A stretch of DNA of 63,342 nucleotides, filler included. It is 4 parts of 4 records of this genome, joined end to end, with 100 filler letters (N's around TTAATTAATTAA, not from the genome) between each part and the next. Parts side by side here need not be neighbours in the genome. Positions count along the whole stretch, not along the records: positions 1 to 10,179 come from SRR20825006_2985; 3 more parts are not named here. One strand, 5' to 3'. The notes beneath the pieces are model-generated. The model was not told where the DNA came from. It worked only from the letters and a program-made list of their open reading frames with translations, and ran no database searches. The position numbers were made by a program, and so were the translations under genes. Below are positions 1-10,179 of this stretch, piece after piece; position 1 is the first letter of the stretch, and every line of letters starts with the position of its first letter.

Positions 1-145
1 AGGAGCACCGTTTAGGGTGCGAACCGAGCGCAGCGAGGCCAGCGGCCAGGGCGGTCAGGAGGGATGGGTTGCAAAAGATATTGCGGGTAAGACTCGAACT
101 CCTGTCGCTTCGCTCTGTTCGTCCCCTAGAAGGGAACTCCTACAG
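1..145. repeat. GTAG-family REP doublet (REPIN-like inverted pair), truncated at contig start
   Basis: Left arm (GT)AGGAGCACCGTTTAGGGTGCGAACCGAGCGCAGCGA; the right arm read on the minus strand is GTAGGAGTTCCCTTCTAGGGGACGAACAGAGCGAAGCGA. Each arm has a GTAG tetramer and an internal hairpin. Confidence 0.7.
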
Positions 146-234
146 TAAAACCCATCTTTGATTTCGCGGGTAGGGCGGTTGCCAGGTGGCACCATCCGCA
201 AACCGCGTTGCCGCGTGCAGCCTGCAGCGGCTTC

Positions 235-660
235 CTATTCCAACGGCATCCAGCCCTTTTCCGTATCCCGGAAATGGATTACCTGCTGGCGCTGGAAGGT
301 ATCACCTTTCTTGAAATTGCCGTGTTCCACTCGCAACGCGCTCAGTGCCATGATCATGGCGAACCGGTCCAGTCCTGAGAGTTCGTCGTTGCCTTTCACT
401 TTATTGGTGTACCCCTGCAGATCTTCCCGTGCTTTCAGGCTGTAGCTGACTTCCACGGTGTAGCGACCATCACCGTCTTCATAGCCGTTGTGCTTTTCCA
501 CATCGGTGACTTCCAGCAGTTCGTCCAGATGGGCATTACGCATTTCCGCTTCCAGGGCTTTCTGGGCATCGCCGGCATCGGGGCTGCGGCTGCAGGCGCT
601 CAACAGGGTAAGGGCGAGCAGGGCTGTCACAATGTGAAGGCAACGAACAGTGGCAGACAT
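235..660 (-). CDS. hypothetical lipoprotein
   Basis: Hydrophobic signal ending in lipobox LSAC; start placed at MSATVR. Confidence 0.7.
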   Translation of the reverse strand: MSATVRCLHIVTALLALTLLSACSRSPDAGDAQKALEAEMRNAHLDELLEVTDVEKHNGYEDGDGRYTVEVSYSLKAREDLQGYTNKVKGNDELSGLDRFAMIMALSALRVEHGNFKKGDTFQRQQVIHFRDTEKGWMPLE

Positions 661-814
661 GGCTGTGTCCTGATTGAAAAGAGGAAGGCCCACTCTAGCA
701 TCGCTTTAGCCGTTGACCCAATGGCCGCTGGGTTGTCCATGTAAAAGCTGGACAGAAGGCCCATGAATGCCAACGATAGGAGTAACAGGAAAACTCACCA
801 AGGAGGGATTGCCC

Positions 815-1150
815 ATGTCCGAAAGCCTGTTTCGCCGTTTGCTGATCATGGTGGCGCTGATCTTCTGTGGAGCCTTTGCGGTGCTGGTGATTCCGCCGCT
901 GATGGCTAACCCGGACGTGCTGGCCGCTGCTGCTGGCGGTTTCGTCAATCCCTATGCCGCAGGCTATTCCACCGATGTCATTCTGTGCTGGGTGATTCTG
1001 GCTATCTGGGTGCTGTTTGAGCGCCAGCGTTACCAGGTGCGCGGCGGCTGGCTGGCCCTGGTTCTGGGTGTGGTGCCTGGGGTGGCAGTAGGCTTCGCCC
1101 TGTACTTGCTGATGCGCCAGCGGCAACTGAAAGGATCGGGTCTGGTCTGA
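815..1150 (+). CDS. DUF2834-like small membrane protein
   Basis: AGGAGG RBS before ATG 815; 3-4 TM segments; NPYAAGYSTDV and GVAVGFALYL motifs. Confidence 0.65.
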   Translation: MSESLFRRLLIMVALIFCGAFAVLVIPPLMANPDVLAAAAGGFVNPYAAGYSTDVILCWVILAIWVLFERQRYQVRGGWLALVLGVVPGVAVGFALYLLMRQRQLKGSGLV

Positions 1151-1217
1151 CGGGAAATGAGGCCGCGAAGGCTGTTATACTCGCGCCCTCGAAATACCCA
1201 GTCAGAGATAGAGCCCC

Positions 1218-2798
1218 ATGAGCCTGCAAGACCAGGTGGCCAAGCGCCGCACCTTCGCGATTATTTCGCACCCGGACGCCGGTAAAACCACCATTACCGA
1301 GAAGCTGTTGCTGTACGGAAACCTGATTCAGAGCGCAGGGACCGTGAAAGGCAAGAAGTCCGGCAAGCACGCCACCTCCGACTGGATGGAGATGGAGAAG
1401 GAGCGGGGCATTTCCGTGACCACCTCGGTGATGCAGTTCCCCTATAAGGATGCCACCGTCAACCTGCTGGACACCCCGGGGCACGCGGACTTTTCTGAAG
1501 ATACCTACCGCACCCTGACCGCGGTGGACTCGGCGTTGATGGTGATCGATGCCGCCAAGGGTGTAGAGCAGCGGACCGTCAAGCTGATGGAAGTGTGTCG
1601 GCTGCGTGATACCCCGATTCTCACCTTCATCAACAAGCTGGACCGGGATGTGCGCGACGGCATCGATGTGCTGGATGAAATCGAGGACGTGCTCAATATC
1701 GAGTGTGCGCCGATCACCTGGCCCATTGGTATGGGCAAGAGCTTCAAGGGCGTCTACAACCTGCTCACTGACACCACCGTGTTGTACAAGACGGGCCAGG
1801 GTCACACCGTGCAGGATGTGCGCGAGGTCAAAGGGCTCAATAATCCTGAGCTGGATGAGGCCGTGGGTGCCGACTACGCCGAAGAGCTGCGCGACACTCT
1901 GGAGCTGGTGCAGGGCGCCAGCCACGAGTTTGATCTGGAGCGTTTCCTGGCCGGTAAACTGACTCCGGTTTTCTTCGGCACCGCACTGGGCAACTTCGGC
2001 GTTGACCATATGCTCGATGGCCTGGTGCAGTGGGCGCCACCGCCCCAGCCCCGAGATGCGACCGCTCGTACGGTGCAGGCTGACGAAGGCAAAATGACCG
2101 GTTTCGTTTTCAAGATTCAGGCGAACATGGACCCCCGTCACCGTGACCGTATTGCTTTTATGCGCATTTGCTCAGGCAAGTATCAGAAGGGCATCAAGCT
2201 CAAGCAGGTGCGCACCGGTAAGGACGTGCGTATTCCCGATGCGCTGACCTTCCTGGCGGGCGAGCGTGACAATGTGGAAGAGGCGTTCTCAGGCGACATT
2301 ATCGGCCTGCATAACCACGGCACCATCCAGATCGGTGACACTTTCACCGAAGGCGAAGAGCTGGCCTTCACCGGCATTCCGCACTTCGCCCCGGAACTGT
2401 TCCAGCGCGTTGTCCTGAACGATCCGCTCAAGAGCAAGCAGCTGCACAAGGGCCTGACCCAGCTGGCAGAAGAAGGCGCTACTCAGGTGTTCTTCCCGCT
2501 GCGCAACAACGATGTGATTCTGGGTGCGGTGGGTACCCTGCAGTTCGATGTGGTGGCGGCACGGTTGAAAGGGGAATACGGCGTCGATTGTCGTTATGAA
2601 CCGGTCAGCGTGGCCACGGCCCGTTGGGTGGAAGCGGATAGCGACAAAGACATGTCTGCTTTTGAGCGCAAGGCCTACGATAACCTGTCCCGTGACGGTG
2701 CCGGGCACCTGACGTACCTGGCGCCGACACGGGTAAACCTGCAACTGGCCCAGGAGCGCCACCCGGACATTCGTTTCCGCGAAACCCGGGAAATCTGA
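1218..2798 (+). CDS. prfC: peptide chain release factor 3
   Basis: [35 protein letters not shown] and NKLD motifs; 526 aa. Confidence 0.98.
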   Translation: MSLQDQVAKRRTFAIISHPDAGKTTITEKLLLYGNLIQSAGTVKGKKSGKHATSDWMEMEKERGISVTTSVMQFPYKDATVNLLDTPGHADFSEDTYRTLTAVDSALMVIDAAKGVEQRTVKLMEVCRLRDTPILTFINKLDRDVRDGIDVLDEIEDVLNIECAPITWPIGMGKSFKGVYNLLTDTTVLYKTGQGHTVQDVREVKGLNNPELDEAVGADYAEELRDTLELVQGASHEFDLERFLAGKLTPVFFGTALGNFGVDHMLDGLVQWAPPPQPRDATARTVQADEGKMTGFVFKIQANMDPRHRDRIAFMRICSGKYQKGIKLKQVRTGKDVRIPDALTFLAGERDNVEEAFSGDIIGLHNHGTIQIGDTFTEGEELAFTGIPHFAPELFQRVVLNDPLKSKQLHKGLTQLAEEGATQVFFPLRNNDVILGAVGTLQFDVVAARLKGEYGVDCRYEPVSVATARWVEADSDKDMSAFERKAYDNLSRDGAGHLTYLAPTRVNLQLAQERHPDIRFRETREI

Positions 2799-2847
2799 GG
2801 GCGGTTTTTGCCGCAACATCACTGGCGGCGCGTCCGGATAACATAGG

Positions 2848-3246
2848 GTGATCGACATGGATGTAGAAGCTGCACGACGTTATCTCCTGGGCAAGCCGGA
2901 GGCGCTAGAGGATTACCCTTTTGGCCCGGATGTGGCGGTGATGAAAGTGCGCGACAAGATGTTTGCCACGTTGGGCGAAGAAAGTGGTGAAGGGCGCATG
3001 AATCTGAAGTGTGACCCGGATCAGGCATTGGCGCTGCGGGATATTTTTGCGGCGGTGTTGCCTGGTTACCACATGAACAAAAAGCACTGGAATACGATCA
3101 AACTGGACGGGTCTATTCCCGAGGGTGAACTCCAGCGAATGATCGACCATTCCTATGCTTTGGTGGTAGCAGGGTTGTCGAAAAAAGTGCGTGAGGGCAT
3201 GGCCGTGCGCCACGGCCGAGAATCACTCTACGGCGGCCAGAACTGA
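2848..3246 (+). CDS. MmcQ/YjbR family protein
   Basis: YPFG..KV..KMFA, NLKCDP and PGYHMNKKHWNT motifs. Confidence 0.9.
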   Translation: MIDMDVEAARRYLLGKPEALEDYPFGPDVAVMKVRDKMFATLGEESGEGRMNLKCDPDQALALRDIFAAVLPGYHMNKKHWNTIKLDGSIPEGELQRMIDHSYALVVAGLSKKVREGMAVRHGRESLYGGQN

Positions 3247-3264
3247 ACAGGCAGGGAGACGGCA

Positions 3265-3570
3265 ATGGCAGTAGTCATCGGTGGCGTTATTATTATTTGG
3301 CTGGGCCTGACCATGGGCGCGGCGGGCTTGCGCTGGTTGGGTGTAGCGCTGCACTACCCGGCCCGATTAGCGGCGCCGGTATTGTTGGCGTTACTGGAAA
3401 CCGTGCTGTTTCTGTTGTTCGTTCCCGGCACCGAGTTGCTGCCAGAAAGCTGGGGCTGGCCCATGGCCGGTGGCCTGGTGGCAGCGGCCTGGCTGATTAA
3501 CGGCGCGGTCAGTGGATTGGATTGGCATCGCAACCGGCAAGTGAGTTCAACGTTGAAAGTTGAAAGTTGA
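3265..3570 (+). CDS. hypothetical membrane protein
   Basis: GGGAG RBS and three hydrophobic helices; the last codons lie inside the heptamer repeat. Confidence 0.7.
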   Translation: MAVVIGGVIIIWLGLTMGAAGLRWLGVALHYPARLAAPVLLALLETVLFLLFVPGTELLPESWGWPMAGGLVAAAWLINGAVSGLDWHRNRQVSSTLKVES

Positions 3571-3724
3571 AAGGCGCGGGCAGGTTCTGGTGCCTCCTGA
3601 CCTGCTTCTGAGCCGTGTCGTGAAGATCTTGGCAGGAGTTATTCTATTTTTTTATCGTTTCGGCGCGGCAATAGCGGCCATCGCTTCGCGCTTTTGAACT
3701 TTCAACTTTGAACTTTCAACTCGC
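3541..3724. repeat. 184-bp element bounded by imperfect inverted arrays of GTTGAAA/TTTCAAC heptamers (MITE-like)
   Basis: Left GAGTTCAACGTTGAAAGTTGAAAGTTGAAAGGCGCG; reverse complement of right GAGTTGAAAGTTCAAAGTTGAAAGTTCAAAAGCGCG. Confidence 0.75.
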
Positions 3725-5161
3725 TCAAAAACTACTCCAGCCGCTGAATTCCATTCCCCGATACAACCAATACTTCCACACCGAATCATCCGCATACACG
3801 GCATAGTCGGTGCTGTGCTTTTCGTCGTAACGGTTTTCCCAGCGCCGTTCGAAGGTATCGCTGGCCTGTTGCATGATGGCGTGGTCGGGGGCGGCGATCA
3901 GGCGCACGCTACTTTCCAGATTCAGGTTGTCCAGGTTCCGCCGGGTGTAGTTGGCGGAGCCGAGGATCAGTTCGGCGCTGTTGGCGCTGCGACGTAACAG
4001 CATCTTGGTGTGGCATTGCTCACCCTGGGTATTGCACCAGCGCACCGGAATGCCGGCGTTGTGTAATTCATGCCCCACCTGACGGTTGGGAATCCCGTTC
4101 TTCTCTCGACCGAAGGCATCCTTGTTGGGATCCAGCAGGACGCGCAGTTGCACGCCCCGTTGCTGTGCTGCCAGCAATGCCTCCATCAGGGGGCGATGGG
4201 ACAGATAGAACACGGACACATCCACCTGATCGCCGGCCTGGCTGTGGTTGAGGGTGGCGAGTAGCGCATCGCGAATCGCGCCTTCGGTAAGCAGTTGCAG
4301 GCGAGCATCGGCGCTCGGGTCTGCCGGTTGTGTTGGCAAGGCCGGCAAATTTGGCAGTGAGGTATCGGTGAGCGTTGCTACGGCTAACTCACTGGCCAGC
4401 AGCTCGTTGACCGCATTGCCTTGAAAGCGTAACCCGATATTGCTGTGGGCACTGCTGCCATCGTGGGCATTGGCGGAGGTGACCAGGCCGGTCCAGTGTT
4501 CGCCTTCGTCTACCACCAGGGTCTTGCGGTGATTGGCCTTGAAGTTCAGCAGTGTCAGGTAGCTGCGCAGGGTGACCTGTCCCGGTCCCATGGGATTGGG
4601 CAGCCAACCCTTGTCCGGGTTGTTGCCCAGCCACTGACAGCATACCCGCCACAGGCCGGACCAGCTGGGGTTGGAATCGCGCAACGCCGTCAGAGGTGTG
4701 GTGACGACGGTGACGCCGGCTTTCTTCAGGCGCGAAAGGTGCTTGCTGTGGAGCCCGCCATAAAGCGTATTGATGGGGTCGGTGATCACCACGATTGGCA
4801 TTGTCGGATGGCTGGCCCGTCGGGCCAGCAAGGCGCTAGTGAGCTCGCTGGACAAGGCCCGGTCGCTCTCGGTGGCGGTGCCCTGAAAATCGTTGAACAG
4901 GAACATGTCGACCACGATGAGCTTTTCCGCCTGGCCAATTAAGCGGAAGAATTCGTCGAAGATATGTTGCCGGCTAAGCCGCGTGGTTTCGCCGCCGTTG
5001 TCGCTTTCCCAGGTATCGTCTACCAGCAATTTGAGCCCGTACACCGCATGGGTTTCCCCTTGGGTATTCAACCCCGGAGGCAGCGGCTTGTAGCGGTGCC
5101 AGAGGGCGGTGCTGGCGGTCAGGGCAAGCAGCATCAGCAGGGCGAGTTTCAGGCGGATCAT
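3725..5161 (-). CDS. phospholipase D family protein (cardiolipin synthase-like)
   Basis: HRKTLVVD..TSAN and HTKMLL..GSANYT HKD-type motifs; N-terminal anchor. Confidence 0.9.
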   Translation of the reverse strand: MIRLKLALLMLLALTASTALWHRYKPLPPGLNTQGETHAVYGLKLLVDDTWESDNGGETTRLSRQHIFDEFFRLIGQAEKLIVVDMFLFNDFQGTATESDRALSSELTSALLARRASHPTMPIVVITDPINTLYGGLHSKHLSRLKKAGVTVVTTPLTALRDSNPSWSGLWRVCCQWLGNNPDKGWLPNPMGPGQVTLRSYLTLLNFKANHRKTLVVDEGEHWTGLVTSANAHDGSSAHSNIGLRFQGNAVNELLASELAVATLTDTSLPNLPALPTQPADPSADARLQLLTEGAIRDALLATLNHSQAGDQVDVSVFYLSHRPLMEALLAAQQRGVQLRVLLDPNKDAFGREKNGIPNRQVGHELHNAGIPVRWCNTQGEQCHTKMLLRRSANSAELILGSANYTRRNLDNLNLESSVRLIAAPDHAIMQQASDTFERRWENRYDEKHSTDYAVYADDSVWKYWLYRGMEFSGWSSF

Positions 5162-5375
5162 AGGCAGTCCTGTGCAGTTGATGGGGCTACCTTATCAGCT
5201 AATCGGCAGAGCGCCATTCGGCTCTGTCATTCCTGTCTTATTAAGTGGCACATGCGTGCAACATTCTGAAAAGAATGCCGGCTCCACGGTAACTATGGTA
5301 CTACGGTGCCACAACAGTGTGGCGCCGATAACTCTCTGACAATCAAGGTCTACCCGTGCGTATTGCGCGGATCTT

Positions 5376-5436
5376 AACAAGAACAATCAGCGGTCCACGC
5401 TGATTCCCGTACGCCACCGCTGGCGTACGGAAGGAG
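5376..5436 (+). promoter_or_regulatory. 5' UTR with AAnAAnAA motif and a 10-bp hairpin abutting the RBS
   Basis: AACAAGAACAA at 5376-5386; CCGTACGCCA-ccgc-TGGCGTACGG at 5407-5430, followed directly by AAGGAG. Confidence 0.5.
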
Positions 5437-5442
5437 CTTGTC

Positions 5443-8064
5443 ATGAAAGCCTTTGCGATTTCCCTTTTCACTAGCTTGGCCATGTTGCTGTCAGCCTGCG
5501 GCGGCGGAGGCTCGTCTTCGGTTCCCGTGACTACTAACCCCCCTGCCGAGCCTTCCCCCAATGTTCCCGCCGACCCGGTTGCCGGTGAAGGGGATATTCG
5601 GGTGCTTTCCAATAGGGCGGATCTGATTAGTGGTGGCGATGCGCTGGTTGAGGTAGTGGCTGCGAATGCGACCCTGCTGGAGGGGGCGGTGGTACGACTG
5701 GGCGATAACGAGATCAGCAGCCAGCTGAGTGTAACCGACACCGGGAGTTTGAAAGGGCTGATCGATGGGCTGGCGCTGGGTGCCAATCAGCTCACCGTGG
5801 AGCTGGCGGATGCCTCAGTATTGAAGCGGACGATCATTAATCACCCCAATGGCGGGCCGGTGATTTCCGGGCCGCAAATACAGCCCTGGCAATGCACCAA
5901 TGCGGCGGCGGTGGATGCCCAGTGTAACCAGCCAGCAGAGTACAGCTTCAAGTATGTGCCCGCCGACAAGCTACAAAATTTGCTGACCAATTTTGATCCA
6001 GAGAACCCGGGGATCCCCGGGGCTTTCCAACCTTACGATCCTGCCAATCCGCCAGCCGAGGATGTGATTGCCCGGATCACCACGGATGCCGGTGTGGCGG
6101 TGCCTTTTATCGTGCGTACGGAAGAGGGTGTGCAGAATCGGGATCGCTACCTGATCATGACGCTGTACCAACCGGATCAACCCTGGACCGCGCTGAACCC
6201 GCAGCCCCAGTGGAACGGCAAGTTGCTGATTCACCACGGCGGTAACGTGGGGGTGAGCTATGGCATGGGCGAAGCGCCCCGGGGGGATATTGCGGGGACG
6301 GCGCCGGAAGGGGCTGAGTTGCTACTGGGTGACAGCATTACCACGGCCCTGGGGCGCGGTTTCATGACCCTCTCCACCGCCCAGGGCAACCTGGGGCACA
6401 ACGCCAACCTGGTGACCGCCGCGGAATCACTGATGATGGGCAAGGAGCGGATTGTCGAGCAGTACGGCGAAATTCGTTACACCATCGGTACCGGCTGTTC
6501 CGGTGGTTCAATCACCCAGCAGCATGTGGCCAATGCCTATCCGGGGATTTATCAGGGGTTGATTGTGCAGTGCTCTTACCCGGATGTGTGGACCACCGCC
6601 ACCCAGTTCGCGGATTACAACCTGCTCAGCCAGTACTTCGGCAATCAGCTGCCCACGGACCCGCAAGGCTTTCAGGATGTGGTTACCCGGTTGTTGAGTT
6701 CCGGGGTGATTCCCGCTGCGCAATGGTCCGCGTTCTACGGCCATCTGCCGTTGAATCCGTTGGTCTCGGACCTGGCCTTTTTCCCGGCAGCCTACCCTGA
6801 CCAGCAAAGCTGCCCGGGTCTGGAAGACGGGGTGACCGTCTATGACGCTCAGGACGCTCCGGGTGGATTGCGTTGTGGCTTGCTGGATTACATGAAATCC
6901 CAGTTTGGGCTGCGCTCGCCAGAGGTCTGGACAGCGAATGAGCAGTTGTTATCACGGGGCTTCGGCGGTATTCCGCTGGATAATGTCGGAGTTCAATATG
7001 GTCTGCGGGCGCTGCAAAGCGGTGTTATCACCGGTGACCAGTTCCTGAAAGTGAATCGTGAAATTGGTGGCTTGAATGTGGATATCGACTACCAGCCGGA
7101 GCGCACCGTGGCTGATAGCCAGGCACTGCACAATGCCTACCGCACCGGTGCCATCAACTCCGCAGAGCACCTGTCTGGCGTGCCGATCATTGACTTGCGT
7201 GGGCCGGACCCGGGTATTGCCCACGATGCCTACCATTCCTGGCAGATGCGAGCGCGGCTGGAAAAAGCACAGGGCCACGCGGATAACCAGGTGATCTGGT
7301 ACGGCCCGGCGCCCCTGTTTGGCGATACGGTTTATACCACCGAGGCGCTATTGGTGATGGATTTGTGGCTGTCGCAAATTGAAGCGGACGCCTCGGCATT
7401 GAGCATTGAAGAAAAAGTCCGTGAGCACAAGCCGGTCTACGCCCGTGACCGTTGTTTGTCGGTGTCTTCGCTGGTGGGCCCGGAAGGCCCGATCGTGCCG
7501 CTCAGTGGCAACCTGCTATACCCGACCCCGATTCTGCCGGGGCTGGACTTGTCGTTGTTGCCGGTGGCGCCGGCAGAGGCGGGGGTGGTGGTGGATGCGC
7601 TGACCGGGCAGGTGTGTGGGCTGGATCTGAGTGAATTGCCGGTGGTGTCCGATATCCCCGTGGTGGGCGATCTGCTGGGCACCGTGGCAGATTTGTTATC
7701 GCCGATTACCGATCCCCTGGTGGGCCTGCAGCAGACCGTGGTACAGACGCGCTTTGGCACCCCGCGCACCGTGGCCGGCGACAGCATAGAAACCCTCACC
7801 AACAAGTGCCAGTTGAAACCCGTGGACCCGGCGGATTACCCCACCGTGCTGGACCCGGAAGGGTTTGCAGCGCAGGTCGCAGAAATTTTCCCGCAGGGCG
7901 TGTGTGACTACAGCAAGCCGGGGGTGGGGGTGGCGCCCACCGAAACCTGGCTGCAATACGGCGATGCGCAGAACGTTATTTATGGCGGAGAGGCGCTGCC
8001 GGGTGAGGCTCCGGCGTCGCGTCAGGGCTGGGCATCTACGGCCTTTGGCGTGGGCATTCAGTAA
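5443..8064 (+). CDS. large lipoprotein alpha/beta-hydrolase (DUF6351-like, tannase/feruloyl esterase-related)
   Basis: Lipobox LSAC, WNGKLL..HGG, nucleophile elbow GCSGGS, C-terminal KCQLKP..FPQGVCDYSKPG. Confidence 0.75.
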   Translation: MKAFAISLFTSLAMLLSACGGGGSSSVPVTTNPPAEPSPNVPADPVAGEGDIRVLSNRADLISGGDALVEVVAANATLLEGAVVRLGDNEISSQLSVTDTGSLKGLIDGLALGANQLTVELADASVLKRTIINHPNGGPVISGPQIQPWQCTNAAAVDAQCNQPAEYSFKYVPADKLQNLLTNFDPENPGIPGAFQPYDPANPPAEDVIARITTDAGVAVPFIVRTEEGVQNRDRYLIMTLYQPDQPWTALNPQPQWNGKLLIHHGGNVGVSYGMGEAPRGDIAGTAPEGAELLLGDSITTALGRGFMTLSTAQGNLGHNANLVTAAESLMMGKERIVEQYGEIRYTIGTGCSGGSITQQHVANAYPGIYQGLIVQCSYPDVWTTATQFADYNLLSQYFGNQLPTDPQGFQDVVTRLLSSGVIPAAQWSAFYGHLPLNPLVSDLAFFPAAYPDQQSCPGLEDGVTVYDAQDAPGGLRCGLLDYMKSQFGLRSPEVWTANEQLLSRGFGGIPLDNVGVQYGLRALQSGVITGDQFLKVNREIGGLNVDIDYQPERTVADSQALHNAYRTGAINSAEHLSGVPIIDLRGPDPGIAHDAYHSWQMRARLEKAQGHADNQVIWYGPAPLFGDTVYTTEALLVMDLWLSQIEADASALSIEEKVREHKPVYARDRCLSVSSLVGPEGPIVPLSGNLLYPTPILPGLDLSLLPVAPAEAGVVVDALTGQVCGLDLSELPVVSDIPVVGDLLGTVADLLSPITDPLVGLQQTVVQTRFGTPRTVAGDSIETLTNKCQLKPVDPADYPTVLDPEGFAAQVAEIFPQGVCDYSKPGVGVAPTETWLQYGDAQNVIYGGEALPGEAPASRQGWASTAFGVGIQ

Positions 8065-8065
8065 A

Positions 8066-8163
8066 TGCCGAGCTTGTTTTTACAAGCGGCAGAGGCTGGC
8101 GTCAGCGAGCGGCATGACGCCCCAGGGAGGGCATTGCAGCAAACAATCTTCGCCAGCCTGCTG
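8066..8163. terminator. hairpins between convergent genes
   Basis: TGCCG..CTTGT/ACAAG.CGGCA and AGGCTGGCG...CGCCAGCCT inverted repeats. Confidence 0.4.
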
Positions 8164-9972
8164 CTACTGTTTGAACTGGTAATCTTTCAGGCCCGCATCA
8201 TCATCAAATTGTATGGCCGCTCTTCCCTGTAGTTGCACAGCGTCCTGACTGAGGCTGACGTGCTCATCCGCCATAACGCCTTCATTGAAGCGGTAGATTG
8301 GTGCAGGTGCGTGCGTCAGGCAGTGTTCACGGAAATTCGCTTTTGCTTCACGCACTGCCTCGCGGCGTTGTTGCCAGCCAGCGAGGGCCTGCTGGCCATG
8401 CCGTTGCGTCAACATGCTTTCCGTCACCGTGTGGGACAATGCCACTGCGGTGGCGTTGTTGCCGCCAAAGCCCTTGGAGTTGATCAGCGTTGCTTGCAGG
8501 TCATCACGGGGCTGATGGGTCAGGCAAAAGTTCAGGTGGTCGCGGTGCACGTCGTCGGCAATATGGTCCACGGTGCGAATGCCTGGCAGCCAGCCATGGG
8601 CAAAGCTGCCCAGGGCGGCAGACAACTGATCGCCGCCGGCGCTGCCCAGGGAGTGACCCAGGTAAGCCTTGATGGCGACCACGGGCCAGTGTTCGATGCC
8701 AAAAGCCTTGGCGGTACGATCCAGGATTACCGATTCGGTGGTGCGATTCTGCGGTGTGCCGGTGCCGTGGGCGTGTACAAAACTGTGCTGGCGTAGCCCT
8801 TGTTCGCCGATCAGCTGGCGGGTCAGGGCGGCGGCCTTGCCCATGGTCAGGTAGTTGCCCACGCCGGGGGCGGAGATGGATTTCTTGCCGCCGTCGGCAT
8901 GGATGAACACATCGGGGACCGCGCCGAGGATGTCCGCGCCTAGTTCCAGCGCCAGGGTATCGTCCATCAGCACGGTAAACTGGGCGGATTCGGCCATGGT
9001 GAAACCGCAGTTCTCCGAGAACGGGCGGCAGGCCCGCTGCAGGTCGGCATTGGCCGCTCCGTCCAGTGCGGCCAATGCCTGGTCTTCTGCCAGGGCGCCC
9101 ATGGCCCGGTAACCTTCCATGATTTCTGGCACCAGCGGTGCCTCACTGGTGCCGATAATGGCGACCCGCACCCGGCCACTGCGAATGGCGTGGACCCCTT
9201 TTTCCAGGTTGTACAGGAAGGTGGCACAGGCGCCCAGCATGCCACCGGTGGTGCCCACGGAGTGCAACACATAGGCATTAAGGAAGTCCGCGGTCATTTC
9301 CCCCAGACCCAATGGCACCTGCTTGGAGGTGATGCGCTGGCCGTTGGGGGGGAAGCGCATCACCCCGCCCAGGCCGTTGTCATCCATCTGCGACATGGCA
9401 TTGCTGGCGTATACGGCGACTTGATCCGGGCGTACCCGATCGGCCACCTGCGCCCAGTCCATGCCCAGATCGCCCAGCGCATCACTGATCCCGAAAATAG
9501 CCATTTGCAGGGCACGGGGGTGGTTCCGGGAGGCATACAGCGCACCAGGATCGAAGCCATCCGGTAGCTGCCCGGCGGCGCTAACCCGGCGCGGGGTATC
9601 GTGGGGCACCCGCAGGCTCAAGCCTGGGGGCAGGGTGACGCGGCTGCGACGCTTGTCCACGGCGGTGACCTGCCAGCCCGCAGGCAGGCTGTCCGGCAGG
9701 TCCATGTTGCGCATTTCCAGGGTAATGGGGGCATCGCTGGTGCCGGCGAGGGCGCCGTGTAGCTGATGGCTGTCGGGGAGGGCGCGAATCAGGGTGTGGG
9801 CCAGTACGGCCTCACTGTTATTGCCGGTAAGGCGGGACAAGGCGCTCAGGGTGTCGCGTTGTTGTGTGCTGTCCAGTGCATCGAAAATCAGACGCTGAAA
9901 CGCAAAATGCTGGGCACTGCGGCCGGCCGCATTGATGCCGCCCATGGCGGTAATAACGGGTAATGCTGACAT
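8164..9972 (-). CDS. fabY: beta-ketoacyl synthase, FabY-like initiating KAS
   Basis: LPVI..GG.NAAGRS N-terminus typical of FabY; GACATF catalytic Cys, HAHGTGT, KAYLGHS, NSKGFGGNNA. Confidence 0.8.
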   Translation of the reverse strand: MSALPVITAMGGINAAGRSAQHFAFQRLIFDALDSTQQRDTLSALSRLTGNNSEAVLAHTLIRALPDSHQLHGALAGTSDAPITLEMRNMDLPDSLPAGWQVTAVDKRRSRVTLPPGLSLRVPHDTPRRVSAAGQLPDGFDPGALYASRNHPRALQMAIFGISDALGDLGMDWAQVADRVRPDQVAVYASNAMSQMDDNGLGGVMRFPPNGQRITSKQVPLGLGEMTADFLNAYVLHSVGTTGGMLGACATFLYNLEKGVHAIRSGRVRVAIIGTSEAPLVPEIMEGYRAMGALAEDQALAALDGAANADLQRACRPFSENCGFTMAESAQFTVLMDDTLALELGADILGAVPDVFIHADGGKKSISAPGVGNYLTMGKAAALTRQLIGEQGLRQHSFVHAHGTGTPQNRTTESVILDRTAKAFGIEHWPVVAIKAYLGHSLGSAGGDQLSAALGSFAHGWLPGIRTVDHIADDVHRDHLNFCLTHQPRDDLQATLINSKGFGGNNATAVALSHTVTESMLTQRHGQQALAGWQQRREAVREAKANFREHCLTHAPAPIYRFNEGVMADEHVSLSQDAVQLQGRAAIQFDDDAGLKDYQFKQ

Positions 9973-10157
9973 GGTGCTCCCGGGCTTGTGCCCAACCCAA
10001 AACGGTGACTAGCCGGTCAGGGTACAGGTGAAATCCGGTTTTGCGTATACGACTGAGGGCGAATCCGGTCAGGAAAGTGCAACAGAATTTGAAAGTGAAA
10101 GCGGATGTTTCGGGAATTGGATTGTTTGAGGTGTGGCTTTGTCATTCTACGAAGCCG

Positions 10158-10179
10158 CTGTAGGAGCACCTCTCGAGGT
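10158..10179 (+). repeat. GTAG-family REP, truncated at contig end
   Basis: CTGTAGGAGCACCTCTCGAGGT shares the AGGAGCACC head seen at position 1. Confidence 0.7.

Noticed and set aside
170-238. Possible second REP class (GTAGGGCGG...GCTTCCTAT)
   Set aside because: The arms match poorly and there is only one instance.
3552-3573. GTTGAAA repeats resembling CRISPR repeat ends
   Set aside because: Contiguous 7-mers without spacers; no cas genes in the window.
3990-4020. Second PLD motif lacks the Asp (HTKMLLRR)
   Set aside because: His, Lys and GSAN are retained; likely a subfamily variant.
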